Under the pieces are notes generated by a model that worked only from the letters and a program-made list of their open reading frames with translations, had not been told where the DNA came from and did no database searches. From sequence record NC_061443.1: 64,000 bases of DNA. One strand, given 5' to 3'. Of this stretch, positions 62,185-64,000 are shown piece by piece; positions within the stretch are counted from its first letter, which is position 1; each line of letters opens with the position of its first letter. Both the position numbers and the translations under genes were made by a program.

Positions 62185-63454
62185 TCACGTATTCAACCAC
62201 GACGAGAAGCAATTGCTCCTGAATGTGGCTGAGACTCGATATCTGGTGCGGCTTGATTGCCCTGAGTATTTGAAGAAGTCAAAACACTCGATTGAAATTC
62301 GCCATACAGTTACCAACCGTGGTGAGCAACGTCGAAGCGGTGTTGTTAACACAACGTTTGTGCCGCGTATTCACGCCTCAACTGTGCAGCGCCTGTTACG
62401 TGAAATACGTGACAACGCAACTGTCAGTTCGGCAAACAGTCTGGCTGCATTGTTTGAGCTGGGACTTGGTGTGCCGAAGCAACGTGATATCGCAACGTAC
62501 CTGCGTGACTACTCTCGGGAGAACGATAAGAAAGGCGTGGGTATCAAGTATATCCGCAAGCTGGTAAATGAGTATCACCGCAAGCACCGCCATAGTTTTG
62601 CGGGTAGTCGCTGGATGATGCCTGCCGCTTACACGGCGAACTTGCTGAACATGCAGTCCTTCATTCATCTGAAAGAAGACGGCTATAGCAAGAAAGTGAA
62701 AGTGCCTGACGGTCTGCCTGTTGTTCTGATCTATCATAACACGAACCACGCCGAGTCTGAGTTCTCTCTGTGTGACGCATTCGCTATTAGCCCGCTGGGT
62801 TATCCTATGCCATTCGCCCAGATTGCTCTACGCCCAGAGTTCAAAGCTGTGCCGAAGACGTTTCAATCTAAAGCGCTGCGTGGGCAAGGCATGTACAGCA
62901 TGGTGATGGGCATTGTTCACTGGGCAAAGGGCGATGCGCTGACGAACGTCCGTGAGCTAAACGCTATCGACGATGACCCGTACCTGACGTTGCTTGCAAG
63001 TGACCAGTATGCTGATCGTCGTTCGCCTGAGTATCAAGAACTGCTGGACAAACGCGCTGCATTCGCTGAACAGCGCCATGAGTGGACAGAAGTGCTTGCG
63101 AAGTATGGCAACACAACACGTACACTCAAGCCTAAGCAGTTAGAACGATTGGCGCAGGCAGAAGACTTCTTCAAAGAACGTAAATCGTTTATGGACGAGT
63201 TTGATAAGTTCGAGAAGAAAGAGAACCACCACGCTGCTAAGAAGTTCGCAGTAGCCAGTGCGCAATTCGCTGCCGTTGACTGTGGTACCATCGCTGACCG
63301 TTCAACGTATATGTCCGTTGCTTCTGGCCTCGACAAGGTACACAAGATTCTCACGAAGTGGGGATTCACCACGGTCGATACTGTTAATAGTAGTTTGAAG
63401 AAATCAATCCTTACATTCGACCCAACAACCGCTACTCGCGTGTGGTCACTGTAA
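62174..63454 (+). CDS. hypothetical protein
   Basis: GAGGA RBS; long ORF. Confidence 0.8.
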   Translation: MFYDHVFNHDEKQLLLNVAETRYLVRLDCPEYLKKSKHSIEIRHTVTNRGEQRRSGVVNTTFVPRIHASTVQRLLREIRDNATVSSANSLAALFELGLGVPKQRDIATYLRDYSRENDKKGVGIKYIRKLVNEYHRKHRHSFAGSRWMMPAAYTANLLNMQSFIHLKEDGYSKKVKVPDGLPVVLIYHNTNHAESEFSLCDAFAISPLGYPMPFAQIALRPEFKAVPKTFQSKALRGQGMYSMVMGIVHWAKGDALTNVRELNAIDDDPYLTLLASDQYADRRSPEYQELLDKRAAFAEQRHEWTEVLAKYGNTTRTLKPKQLERLAQAEDFFKERKSFMDEFDKFEKKENHHAAKKFAVASAQFAAVDCGTIADRSTYMSVASGLDKVHKILTKWGFTTVDTVNSSLKKSILTFDPTTATRVWSL

Positions 63455-63480
63455 ACACAACTTATCTGAGGAGATAACGC

Positions 63481-64000
63481 ATGTCTGACAATAACCTGGG
63501 CGCTGCTGCAACATTCGGCTCTGAGACTCAAAAGCAATTAAACGACCAACAGCGTCGTGCGCATTCTGCTGAGTCCGGCCACGTAAACAAATGTACCATC
63601 GTCGTGCTGACTGCGCTTAACGCGCACGGCCGCTTCTCTTTCCTGACCTCTGACGAGCAACTGCGTGAACGGTCCATCGAAGGTAAAGTGATGGACCGTC
63701 TGCCGGATCTGATTGGACGTGCATCAGGCCCGTCTACTGACCCGAACAGCGCGTACCACATTCTGCATCCGAACAACGGCGTGCCAACTCGCATTGACGA
63801 GCGCATCAAAGTTGGCGAAGCGGATTCGGTCATCATTTCATATACTGTAAATAAAGCAGTGTCAGAGATGTATGGCAGTTTATCGCTGGCGCTGTTTAGT
63901 GCTGGTGAAAGTGATATCGCTGATTTGGCGGCTGAGTTTGGTATTCACTCCATCTCAATCGTTGAAGAAGCGAAAGCGCCTGACTATATCAAAGCTCTTA
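63481..64000 (+). CDS. hypothetical protein, truncated by the window end
   Basis: GAGGAG RBS; open frame MSDNNLGAAATFGSE... to 64000. Confidence 0.75.
   Translation, partial: MSDNNLGAAATFGSETQKQLNDQQRRAHSAESGHVNKCTIVVLTALNAHGRFSFLTSDEQLRERSIEGKVMDRLPDLIGRASGPSTDPNSAYHILHPNNGVPTRIDERIKVGEADSVIISYTVNKAVSEMYGSLSLALFSAGESDIADLAAEFGIHSISIVEEAKAPDYIKAL

Noticed and set aside
62430-62520. Sel1-like repeat (LAALFELGLGVPKQRDIA)
   Set aside because: Single, partial match without the downstream A..W/Y positions
63845-63853. CTGTAAATA copy as a promoter
   Set aside because: Lies inside CDS 63481..>64000 and any downstream gene is outside the window, so it cannot be judged

Overview
This is a gene-dense 64 kb segment of a lytic jumbo-type tailed phage (GC roughly 50% by eye, enterobacterial-style RBSs). 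Every credible gene is on the + strand except the primase. The gene set recalls the Erwinia/Dickeya jumbo myoviruses, but that is an impression I could not verify here. Left part (1-22.8 kb): replication, recombination and virion genes, namely a RuvC-like resolvase, an Ig-repeat protein, a DnaG-type primase, a Cas4-like nuclease, a SWIM protein, an Acb1-like 2H phosphoesterase, a phage sigma70-like factor, a gp32-like SSB, a RecA carrying a 341-aa intein, and an AcrVA2/FinQ-like protein flanked by two paralogues. Right part (22.8-64 kb): an early/accessory region of mostly small unknown genes, plus NADAR-like, GNAT, Tpt1/KptA, radical SAM, TraR/DksA, UvsE, dUTPase, SLT and HD-domain genes. The best-supported non-coding signals are (i) 11 copies of a tripartite early-promoter module (24-nt upstream box, a sigma70 -10 at fixed spacing, and usually a 5' hairpin), (ii) a CTGTAAAYA box about 40-48 nt upstream of several genes including the phage sigma factor, and (iii) a highly structured leader with a possible pseudoknot at 57.3-57.5 kb. 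All family assignments come from reading motifs by eye; no database search was run.
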